DNA of 64,000 bases. Origin: Laetmonice hystrix (taxonomy: Eukaryota). The notes beneath the pieces are model-generated. The model was not told where the DNA came from. It searched no databases and worked only from the letters and a program-made list of their open reading frames with translations. The stretch covers positions 15,438,001 to 15,502,000 of the forward strand of contig OZ249450.1 in assembly GCA_965235115.1 (NCBI GenBank), read 5' to 3'. The position numbers and the translations under genes were made by a program. How positions within the stretch are numbered: position 1 is the stretch's first letter; every line of letters begins with the position of its first letter. Shown piece after piece: positions 37,101 through 47,596 of this stretch.

Positions 37101-39791
37101 ATATGAGCCAACATATAAGATGGTGTCTTGATTAACAAGCAATATAGATAATACAAACTTCCTTATTTTACCTGTGGACAATTATTGAAAGTTGGGTGTC
37201 TACTATGTGTTATGTTGACAGGTAGCTCAGAAAGTTGTCCCAGTAGCCTAAATTGTGTGTTCTTTTTCAGTTGATTCAAGGTGTTGGAATAGGTTTGCTG
37301 ACAAAGCGTTTCTCCGAGAATTCCCTGATTAAATGGGCCTCCTTCACATTAATATGGTCTTGGCTACTGATGGTACGTATAGTTAGAGTATTATACCAAT
37401 AGCATTATTTTATCTTATCTGCATTACCTAAACTATGGTCATCTTCATTATTAGCTTCTTGGTATTGGATGCTATCAGTAACTTTCGCCTGACCATAGTC
37501 TTGAGGATTCACGTTGTGAGGAATCAGATAGTGTGCTCCGGGTCGTATGATATGAAGTTTAGCCCAGCCTCCACCAGATGTGATCTGACATGCAGTGGGA
37601 TTTGACTAATTAAAAGAATTACTTTTAGACTTAGCATTATCATTCAAAATGACTGTTAAATTTGTTAAAATATTGGCTGGCTCTACGGTTAATAATATTG
37701 CCTGAGTATGTGGTTGACAATGTTGAACAACCTTCTTCCAGGCATTTGTGCAGAATGTGTGGCAGCTGTGTATAGTGATGCTCCCCAAGGTCTTCGGGCT
37801 TGTCATCATAACAGTAGTTATCAGTAGCAGCATCACCAAGACTGTGCCGAGTGCTGACACTGGTAGGTTATTAAATATGTTCGTTTCCTTCCCCATTATT
37901 AAACCAATTTCGTAGAGTCCTGTAGAATAAACCTCGTATAATATAGAAAGAAAGCTATCTTTGTTAAATAATTAAACCAATGTGTAGAAAAGCTTTATTT
38001 TGATGTTTTATAATTCCAACAAAAAAAGTAAAAATCATGGAAAGAACCATTTTCTGATAGGTAGGCCTAGCATACATGTTCATCAACAGAGGTGCACGCC
38101 AGACTACCCAGTAATATGTTGTTAATTTCTAGCCAGTTGACAGGAGATTGGCCGACTTGTATCTTAATATAAAGTGCTCCAGATATCTTAATTGATCAGT
38201 TTGGTTTTATATCGTACAGAAAGCCAAGTCAAAGCTGGTGGCCACACTTGTTTGTATTTCAGGAACCATGCTTGGTATTAACATGGCTGTCCACTCGCTT
38301 GTAGGCACCTTGTCGCCAACCATTGGTGGCAGAATGATGGCTGAGTATGGTTTCTCCTCAATCAGCTATCTTGGGGCCGTTGCAAGCACTTTGGTCTTTA
38401 TAGCAGTCACACTTCGGCACTTCAACTCATACATTCAGCTGGACGACGAAGCAGATTCTCAGCTTTGCTTGAAAAGTGAGGCGACAGCTTCTTTTCAGGA
38501 TAAGCCCAGTTCTGGAAGTTGTATCGGAGGGAACTGTTGAAATCACACGATTCAGTCTCATTTATTTATAAGGAGAACTAACAAGAACTACATCTTTGCA
38601 GGGGCCATGAGGTTCTAATTATGAACCTCAAAACTGATGAGAAAAGTGTGTAGGAATTAAAATGAAGTACCGTATACAGGAGTATTGTAACATCTGCAAC
38701 GTTGATAAACAGGAATTTAAAAAGGATACCAGCACATGGGACTCCTTTGTTGCGGAAAGCATTGAAGTTGTGGGAAGACAATGTCATGATAACCCCAGTC
38801 AAGTACTGTGTACTTTTATTCCTCTGTCAGTAAGTGACATCTCTATGCGGAACTAAAACATGGCAGAAAGGTTTCTCTCTCCTATCATTATTGTCCCTGA
38901 CTCTCATTATTTCATTTTGTTTCAGGTATATTTCGTTTTTCTGTTGCTTGAGATTCTTTGTAACTGTGCTGCATTATTGTGATAGTTTACCGAATTAATA
39001 CAATATCTGTATTAATTCAAAAGGGCATCTGATTTATCCAAAAAGGACGCATTTTTGCCCAATACTGCTGATTCCTTTTAGCAACATCTAATGCTGCCCC
39101 CTGGTGGCCAAAGTCGACGGCCTGTAAGTCATTTATCATGGGAGCTCTCACCGTGGTTAAGGATGTTCATGATACATGTGCCATGATATTTTCCTTACTG
39201 TCATTGATTTTTATTGCATGGGTTTTGTATATGGATCACCTGATTTGAATAGCTCAGTATTTCTCAGATTGTACATGTATTCCTGTCAGTGTATGTGTAT
39301 CTTCCAAGACTTGCGTCATTCAATAACTTTTTTTTTTTTGAAGTCCTATATACCGTACAGGGGACAATCTGCTAGACTGTATCAAGATTAGTTTTAAGAG
39401 GATTCCCCGACGTATAAGTATCCCATTTTATTATTTGGGACCTGCATGCTGCCGTATTATTTAGTAATTCGACGAGGGCTCCCTAGTCGACCGCCTCAAA
39501 ATTCAATCAAATTTTTGCATGCCAGTATATAAATGAGGACTTCAATCTTTGCTACATTTAATTTTGTATATTGCGATTTCTATTGACATGTACATTTATC
39601 TAGCTTTTGCCGTTGGTGTGATAGGTGCGATGCTCGGAATCAACATGGCTGTCAACTCTATGATCCGCACCGTCTCGCCGACAATCGGTGGGCTCATGCT
39701 CCAACATCTCGGATTCTCTTCCTTTGGTTATTTTGGATGTGTTACCGGCATTGTTGTAACGTCTTATCTCTTCAGCAAGGTCAATGATTAA
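34146..39791 (+). CDS. SLC22A18: SLC22A18-like major facilitator superfamily transporter with alternative exons
   Basis: Exons 34146-34343, 34563-34806, 35034-35166, 35370-35482, 35632-35730, [36155-36267 or 36475-36587], 37271-37372, 37742-37862, [38263-38540 or 39625-39791]. Motifs FGYLQT.F.VVQLCGGPLFGRFGDLFG.RAAL (MFS motif A), SRLPSIFMHAMQGGQMVVTDL, RADALGKLGVSYGVGMVVGP and DTG.MLG match the SLC22A18 family. Confidence 0.9.
36155..36267 (+). CDS. SLC22A18: SLC22A18-like mutually exclusive exon, copy A
   Basis: 113 nt, phase 1 to 0, gattgcag|..ATG|gtgagt; (G)IPLGIFQSMFSIFAMEKFRLAADQNGYIMSYIGIVSM. Confidence 0.9.
36475..36587 (+). CDS. SLC22A18: SLC22A18-like mutually exclusive exon, copy B
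   Basis: 113 nt, phase 1 to 0, atggccag|..ATG|gttagt; (G)IPLGLWQSIMGMVTLEVFQLEPHQNGYITSYVGVMAM, 19/38 identical to copy A. Confidence 0.82.
38263..38540 (+). CDS. SLC22A18: SLC22A18-like alternative last exon, copy A (long tail)
   Basis: ttgtatttcag| phase 1; (G)TMLGINMAVHSLVGTLSPTIGGRMMAEYGFSSISYLG...GSCIGGNC-stop. Confidence 0.85.
39092..39110 (-). promoter_or_regulatory. Near-consensus CTCF site between the two alternative last exons
   Basis: The reverse complement reads TGGCCACCAGGGGGCAGCA. Confidence 0.55.
39625..39791 (+). CDS. SLC22A18: SLC22A18-like alternative last exon, copy B (short tail)
   Basis: ggtgtgatag| phase 1; (G)AMLGINMAVNSMIRTVSPTIGGLMLQHLGFSSFGYFG...FSKVND-stop. Confidence 0.85.
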
Positions 39792-40110
39792 AGTATATAT
39801 TTACATGGAGACACAGTGCTGAGGATAGTTTCTTCTCTGAACAAATTCAGGTCGAGTATAGTCGACTTTTAGTGACGGATTTCATTTATAAAGCGGTTGT
39901 GATGAAATATTGGTTTGGCCGAATATCGGGAGGAAAGAATTTTTAAGTCTTCTTTAATTAAGTAGTGTAAAGTGAGGGATAAATTCATACATGAACTCCC
40001 ATGCATAAACACCTTTTTTATATAAAGCGTCATTATTATCCCTGAATTTCAGAAGCACCATATAGGCCCCTACATGGGAGATTACGGTAGATGGCTGTTT
40101 TGATTTATAG

Positions 40111-40278
40111 CAGGGGCGTAGACAAGTGGTAAAATCTGGGGGGGCTATGGATTGTTGTTAACTTGAAGACTGTGCTAGAAAGCAACCTGGGGCACAAAGG
40201 TTATAGGTTATTATAGGCTACCCTTAAAAATCTGGGGGGGCTGAAGCCCCCCCAAGCCCCCCCTTGTCTACGCCCCTG
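40111..40278. mobile_element. MITE (168 bp) with TIR CAGGGGCGTAGACAAG
   Basis: 16-bp perfect TIR; TATAG directly repeated on both flanks; internal G/C runs. Confidence 0.85.
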
Positions 40279-41395
40279 TATAGTTAGGGGTGATATATGT
40301 AGATAATGAATTGCTTTGATATTCGAACTCCGTGCTGCGAGGTGATAATGGTCCCACAAAGACAAAAAAACACACACAAAAGAACACCCACGGGCAACGT
40401 GTACATAGAAAAGGGTGGGGGAGGTTATAGTAAACCACATTTTCAGGGAACTGTTATGCCAGCCTTACAACAGAAGCCCATTACAAGTTTCAGACTAAAA
40501 TATTGTAACATACTCGAAAGATATCTGAGCTTATTATATTTTTGGTGGTATGTGTTTTAAATGTATGCTCAGGGTGACCACAGAAAGGAAACCACCTTTC
40601 AGGCTAGCCATGCTGCCACCCAAGGGTTGCAGATTGAAATTCCACCCGAAGGGATAATTTGTATAATTTTTATTTTCGTGAATATTGTTCTTATGGTTAT
40701 CAGCAGAGTATTCATCTATTATAAAAACCTAACAAATCGCTTAGACTAAACACCGAAACCAACCGACCAAACCGACCAAGTCAATGAAATCCAGCTCAAC
40801 CTGCCCACATACTGAACAACACGTTAAGGTTAGGGTTAGCTTTATATGGTCGGTTTCGGTAAATTCGCTCAGTTCCGGCGTTTACGTTCACCCTGACCGC
40901 ACATGTACTTTTTATGACAATTAGGAGAAACTGTGACGATTATCTTACAATATGAAGGTATATCCGTTGTAATTCTCCAATGTCCACAGTGGTTTCATTG
41001 TTAACTTTGTGACTTGTGCCAATGATGCACAGTTTGTCCTGGTATCGGCGTCCTTCTGACATATTCTTGGTGGTACATACAGAATACTGTATGCTTACCA
41101 CGTTGTTAATCTGTATATCAATGTCTTATTATTAAAACTTTTGATCACTTTGCTTCTCCTGAATGCAGTTATGTTTCTTGTCGGGCCCATTATATTTGTG
41201 ACTTCGTCACAAAGTCAATATGTCCCAAGGCAAACCATATCACCAGCAAAGCTCATTTAATTACGATGGTTCAAAGGTAAAGTTCTTTTGGCAAGTCAAA
41301 AGGTGATACAATAGTTATAAAAAAAAAAGTGGAATAATGCAGTTTTTGTACATAGTTAATGTTCCATATATCTAGGTGGTAGATTCAAGCCTGAT

Positions 41396-44300
41396 TTAAA
41401 AAAAAAAAAAACTTTCCCAAGGCGACATAGGCGACCTATTCAACTGTTCTGTATGAAGATCTGACGGTGACCTTAGATGACCTTGGGTGGGAGGGTCAGA
41501 CTTATGCGATCCGCGCCTGAGCCGTATATTATTCTTCTCTTCTTTGGTTAAATCGGGGTGCCACATATCGATAATCAGAACCAGGCGGAGCGTGTCGCCG
41601 TCATGCCAAACTTCGTGCTCAAACGAGTCGTCAAATACAATGAACTTGCCTTCCTCCCACGTCCTAGGAAACAACAAGAACAGATGCTGAGGCGAACGTA
41701 GGATTCGTTTTCAAGTGCCCGTGATATTTCCTTCCAGTTCAATATTCCCGATTATATAGACGTCACAAGGGGGGAGGGGGCACTGCCCCCCTTGGGCCTG
41801 CCCCCAAAAATATAGATTGTAGATTTTTTTTTATTGCATAGTATTAATTATTTCTAGATCTGTTTTTGTATAGACCTATGTAACAACCATGTTCCACTAC
41901 CTCAAGCAACCCCCCCCCCCCCCCATATGTTATCTATTTCACCGCTATACTGTAAGGCCGGTTTATAGTCCGTCGGCCGACCATCGGCCGACCATCGGCC
42001 GACCATCGCTCGACGTCAGGTCAAAGTTCACGCAGGCTTAACTCCCAGCGATCGGTCGATCGACGGCCGGATCGCTGGACTATAAACGTTCAGCGATGGT
42101 CGACCGATGGTCGGCCGACGGACTATAAACCGGCCTGTAGGCTTCTTATAACTATATTATATTTGGATGTATAGCCTAGCACAAATGGCACAAACTCCAG
42201 AGATTTACACGTCTCTTATACTAGATAATATGTTGATGATTTATAATGCCAAGAGTAGAGAATTAATGGACTTCATTGAAATTCCCCCTATGCAGGTGGA
42301 CAGTTCTTAATTTACGATCTTTCATCTCCCTCGGATTTCTCTGAGATTATTTCAATAATGTATTAAAATCATGACTTTTTGAATCCATTTTTTAATATGC
42401 TGGGATGTAGCAATGCACATAAACCTTGTTTCTTCACCGACACGGATGCGGGCCCCATCTGGTACAACAAGTCCGAGATGGGATCGGATTCGGGAGTTGG
42501 TCGGGCCACAGTGGGGCCAAAGATGGACGCCTGGATGCATCACAGAGAACTTGATCTGCCAAATCAAAGTAATCACCGACAATCGTTTTTACTACACATG
42601 AGAGTCCTTGCAATTATATTTGAAATTTCTCTTCCAGTTGATAGATTCGTCTGAATCGTCACTGGTTAACACTTCCTGGGCCCGTTTTTATTTTTGGTTT
42701 CCTTTTCCACCGTGAGCAAGGGTGAGCTGAGCTGAGCAAAGGGTGGGCATGAGCTCATTCTCACCGTTTTCGTGTTTTTTTGGGTTGCTCTTTTCCATGA
42801 GACGTGCTCATGGTGAGCAAGCTCCCGGAAAAAAACAAAAAACAAAAAAAAAACGAAAACGGTGAGCATGAGCTTCTGCTCACCCTTGCTCAGCTCAGCT
42901 CACCCTTGCTCACGGTGGAAAAGTAAAAAAAAAAAACGGCCCAGGTATGAATAAAATGTTTTTATGATGTTTTTGTGAGCCGGGACCCACCTGTCCGCGA
43001 CCACAGGAAATCGCGTCTGTGAATTCCTCCACCAAGGCGCAAGTCTTTGGAACCTTTTTACAGTTGGCTTCAATTTTTCTTCCTGGAGGAAATAGACACG
43101 GAAAATAAGAGGTTTTTTAAAACTTAATGTGTGATTATAGATTTCCACAGAAGAGACAGATTTGATATTATTCTCACCTCTTCTATAAAGCCTAAATTGT
43201 TTCCAGTTTCCGCTTTCCTGAAGGTCTTGCGTATCATCGAGGAAAGATCCAGTCGATGGGTCAAGTTGTGCCAGACCCTCGTCTCGTATCAACATCCAGT
43301 TCTCCTCAAGTTTCTGAAACAGTAACAAGAAAAAATGCTAAAGACGATCTGTCTGGATAACAATAAAGTGCCCAGCAAAATGTATGTTTTATGAAATTTG
43401 TTGTAAAAAACGTTTATACATTCCTTTATATATTTGAACGAGGTCGGGCTGTACTTGATCTCACCTGACATAATACGAATGGTATTACCTTTAAATTTTA
43501 ACAATACATAAAATACACGACACACTGCGAACTTAGATACTAGCAGTCACACTTCTACATTCCTAACACTTTACGTACCTGTAAATGTTCAAGGTTTCCT
43601 GTCTGTTGTTTTGTCCACCAGGGCTGCGATACCAGATGGTCTATGTTCTTTATAGATCGTTGCAACACGGAGCGAAACAAGCCTTTCTCTACACCAAGTT
43701 CATGAATCTTTCGAGACTAATGGTAAAAAACGGTAAAGGTTATCTTTGATAAAAATAAAACTGTCAATCATATGCCTCAAAGTGATTACAATTTTTCTCA
43801 ATTGATACAGATCTATCTCAACAAATTAAGTTACGGTGTTACACTGCCAATTCAAATCTCAACATAGAATTCGTTTATTGCCGAATTTTGTTCAATCTTT
43901 TAATTAAATTACATTCTTTTAAAATAGGTTGAGTAATGCCAAAGCCGTCCACTACTCAGTAGAGGGCTTTAATGCAGACGATACTCAGTCTATATATCTA
44001 TCTGTAAACGTGATTTGTGTAAACAGTCCACTCGTGTCAGACTGAGCCTCGCCTTATTGTGCTCGCCCACCCTGTAGTAGGCGTCACCGAGATTGATGTA
44101 GTAGGTCTGCTTTATAGTCCCCTCCTCCCCACTGTCAATCCCGCGCTGGAGGAGGGGGATGGCGGTGTCGAGTTCCCGGTCAATCGTCTTTATAATCACC
44201 CCAAGGTTAACGAGAGATAACCCATCATCTGGCTTCTCCTTCAGAACTTCCTAAAAATCCATGAAACTTTGAAAGGATATATTCGGTTTTCAGTAAGGAC

Positions 44301-46967
44301 AACATGGTAGATGGCCTGAAATTTGGTAGTCGAGAATGAAAAGTATCAAGATTCCTAGTCCCAAACCTTACCCATGCCTCTATTTTAGGTCCCTATAAAG
44401 ATTATTTGTATAACAATAAAGATTTTCTTACCGTAAACATTTTTTTTGCTTCTTGATGTGAGCGCATCGCCTGGTATCTGACGCCGAGCTCCTTCTTCAG
44501 ATCAAGGTCGTGTGGATATTTCTCTAACAGTTTCTTCAACGTGTTCATAGCCTGGTGGTTCCAACCTGCCAGAGAATCAAAGCAGGCCACATACTGGAAG
44601 ACACCTTTTTTGTTTCCTAAATTCATACACAACCTCCTGACTGCTATAACCATGACAACAGTTATACCTATCACCCTGCTTACTACTGTAACTATGGCAA
44701 CCGCCATACCTATCACCCTGTTGACTACTGTATATAACTAGCTATAGATCTACACAGCTTTCTGCTGTCCATGACACCACGCCACTCACGCATGAAGAAC
44801 TGTTTGGCGGATGCTTCTCTCCCGGCCTTCATGTAGAGCTCTTTAGGGACTTCATTCATTTCGAGCACCTTCAAGAAATCATCGATGGCCTTGGTCATCA
44901 GAGAATTGCTCCTCTGTTTCTCAGCCAGTTGGCTGAGAGTCTGGGCTTTCCCATAGTACGCGCGGGGAGACTCGCTGACGTGTGTCAGAATGTGGGTGTA
45001 GGCATTCAACGCATCCTGGAACTCGCCCTGAAATGTACCCCAACCATCCAGCATGTGTTTATCAAAAGATGGCAACTTAATCCTTTGGTGCTATAGGAAT
45101 GAAAGACTGTGGGCCTGCTATAACAGTAGCGTACCCAGGCGGGGGGGGGGGGGGGTGGCTTGGGGTGCTCAAGCACCCCCCTCAATTCGCCTCCCAATTT
45201 GCAGCGCCTACGACGTTGGTTATTTCCAGCACCCCCTGGGTCCAGTTTCTGGGTACGCCACTGTATAATATTGTAAAATATGTCATTCAGTCATGGTAAT
45301 CAGAGGAACTTAATACAAGGATATAGGCCTACCAAGAGTTCGAGTAGGCCCTTTATATATGAACCATGCATGTGTCCAAAGGCCAGGAAATTTACACATT
45401 AAATATTATTCACCTTATCAAACAAGTCATCTGCTTTGTCTAGGTGATCTTGAATCTTACGGTCTGCCTGGTTAGTGATGGATGACCTCGAGGGTTTTTT
45501 GAGGACATTGTTGGAGTCTTTTGTCTCCTGGGTGACCTTGTCGCCCTGAGATTCTGCGGGTTCATTGCTGCCACCTGGTGGCTGAGACCCTTGGTCCTCA
45601 GCAGTTGACTTGGGATCCCTAATACCTTGTGAGGCAGAGTCCCGGGGTGGGTGTGTTTTAATGAGCCCACCAGCCTTTGAATAGCCCATCACAGTTGCTA
45701 TGCGAGTTTGTATCAAATCTGAATGAAAAGAAAATTGTTTCTTAGCGTTTCAATTAGTCACTTTATCTTTGAAAGTGTAAGTTCACAACGAGCATGAGAC
45801 TGGAAACTCGGGCAAAACGGGAAAGTGCATCATCTGAGTGTATTGAAGCGTTGAGGTAGGCCCTATACCATTATAAACTTAGATACATGTACTGACCTAT
45901 TGCTTGAGGCACATCTACAAAGTTATAGACGTAGACTGCACCAGCAAGGTAGAGAACCAGAAGCAGTAGTAGACCATACACTGTCGTACTCCAACTTGAA
46001 CTTGACGTAGGTGTGGATCCCACACGACTGGACTTCTTCTTTACCGTCTTTACTCCATTGACTGGAAGCAGAAAATCACTTTACGAAGACATTCCTCAAT
46101 AATATTACACTAGGCCTACTGGTTTAGTATAGTGTGGGATGCTGTATGGATTTATGTTGTTTCTAGACAATTAGCAAACGTCCTTCCGTCTGAGACGACT
46201 TGTTACATGTGTGCAATGCTTCCCCAAGACAGAACTCCAGGTTAAAACGTTACAGAACGTTCTAGAAATAATACCCTGTGGGTTGGAGTTATTCCTGACT
46301 GAGAAATGTATGAAGCGATCATGTTAGCCGCGAGTGAAAGTATTTAGTATAGTGTCCAGATTAAAACCATTTTCCTCAACGGTTCAATGTTTGCAATATT
46401 CTATTTATGATCTCAAGGCTTTATTGCCAAGTCTGTGGGAACTCTACCTGTACGAATGGNNNNNNNNNNNNNNNNNNNNNNNNNNNNNNNNNNNNNNNNN
46501 NNNNNNNNNNNNNNNNNNNNNNNNNNNNNNNNNNNNNNNNNNNNNNNNNNNNNNNNNNNNNNNNNNNNNNNNNNNNNNNNNNNNNNNNNNNNNNNNNNNN
46601 NNNGTATAATGTCCATGTCTCTTTCATTAGCATAGTGAGTGTTGATTGACATTAATTTATTCAGGCCTAATTAAGCCTGCACTAGCTGTACTGTCGGCCA
46701 TCTCTAATGTGGCCCATGTCACACTGGTAACTGCAGATTCAAACAGTGAGTAAAAATACCATTTTTCAAACAACTTTCAGAGCATTTTCAAAACAAACAG
46801 CACTGTAATCTAATTACCGCACTGTAAGACATAACATTTATCAATTTTATAAATAATCCAATGACTCACATATTGTAAGGCAGTGTCAGTGAGTTTGGGG
46901 TGCCTGTATACGTACCTGGTTTCGGGCTAGTTTCGGTCCCTCTGTGGCACCGTTTCCGTGCCCCCAT
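41396..46967 (-). CDS. ASPH: Aspartyl/asparaginyl beta-hydroxylase (type II ER membrane, TPR plus 2OG-Fe oxygenase)
   Basis: Exons 46916-46967, 45897-46061 (transmembrane), 45414-45718, 44790-45027, 44432-44565, 44053-44250 (GC donor), 43579-43716, 43178-43313, 42991-43082, 42425-42555 and 41396-41663, all phase-compatible. Motifs SPRAYYGKAQ, LEENWMLIRDEGLA, GRGQIKFSVMHPG.H.WPHCGPTN.R.R.HLGL and FDDSFEHEVWH...RLVLIIDMWHP. Confidence 0.96.
41955..42136. mobile_element. PIF/Harbinger-like MITE (182 bp)
   Basis: TIR AGGCCGGTTTATAGTCCGTCGGCCGACCATCGG; 3-bp TSD GTA (41952-41954 and 42137-42139); internal (GGCCGACCATC)n subrepeats. Confidence 0.88.
42675..42945. mobile_element. Palindromic MITE (about 270 bp) in an ASPH intron
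   Basis: Long imperfect inverted arms CCTGGGCC(C)GTTTTT..TTTTCCACCGTGAGCAAGGGTGAGCTGAGCTGAGCAA; no clear TSD. Confidence 0.8.
45124..45263. mobile_element. MITE (140 bp) with TIR CAGT(A/G)GCGTACCCAG
   Basis: 15-bp TIR with one mismatch; TATAA repeated on both flanks; G-run core. Resembles the element at 40111. Confidence 0.85.
46460..46603. other. Assembly gap (144 N) in the intron between the first two coding exons of ASPH
   Basis: Run of N; the ORF-track entries spanning it are artefacts. Confidence 1.
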
Positions 46968-47596
46968 GACCAGCGTCCTGACTTCTAAAGCACAGGTTCA
47001 CTTGGTGATCCACCTTAACATACGACACCAACGCTGGAAACAATTAGGCTAGATGGCCTTGTAGGTTCAAATAAACTCCACCTGGCACCACAAGGTCAGG
47101 GCCTATAGCCTGACTGAAGTAAAGTGGGTCTCCTGCGAGCGCACCTGCGTGATGACCAAGAAACTTACAAATGTATAGCCTATATAGAAGATCATAAATA
47201 TGGAAATAATAAGCAGCACAAGCGAGCTTTTATTTCATCGTTAGGAACGTAACCTATAGGGTGTAATTTTATGGCCCTGATTGAATCCTCCACCAAGTGT
47301 TAGTGTACTCTTTGCAGCTTTGAGTTCATCTGTTGTAGGGTTAAAGCCACTGGCCGTGCAATCTCAGTTGAGTTTGCAGCTAGTTTGCAGCCAGCAGCTG
47401 TCAGCGGTGGTCACTCTTAAACTTTGATATCGGGATCGAGATTATAAAAGAAAAGTATTTCGCCAGTTTGTACAGGCCAGGCACACAGTCCGTGAAATTC
47501 TAAGCAAGGTAAAAAAGATTTGAACACAATTGGTGCTCAAATAGTTAATATATAAGCACGCTGGGCCCTGTTCCGGCTAGATACATCTGAACGGCG

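Noticed and set aside
25103-45575. CTCF-like motifs inside coding exons (SMNDC1 near 25103; ASPH near 45570)
   Set aside because: Explicable by codon content and not distinguishable from chance without binding data.
46334-46652. ORFs containing X runs
   Set aside because: Artefacts of the N gap.
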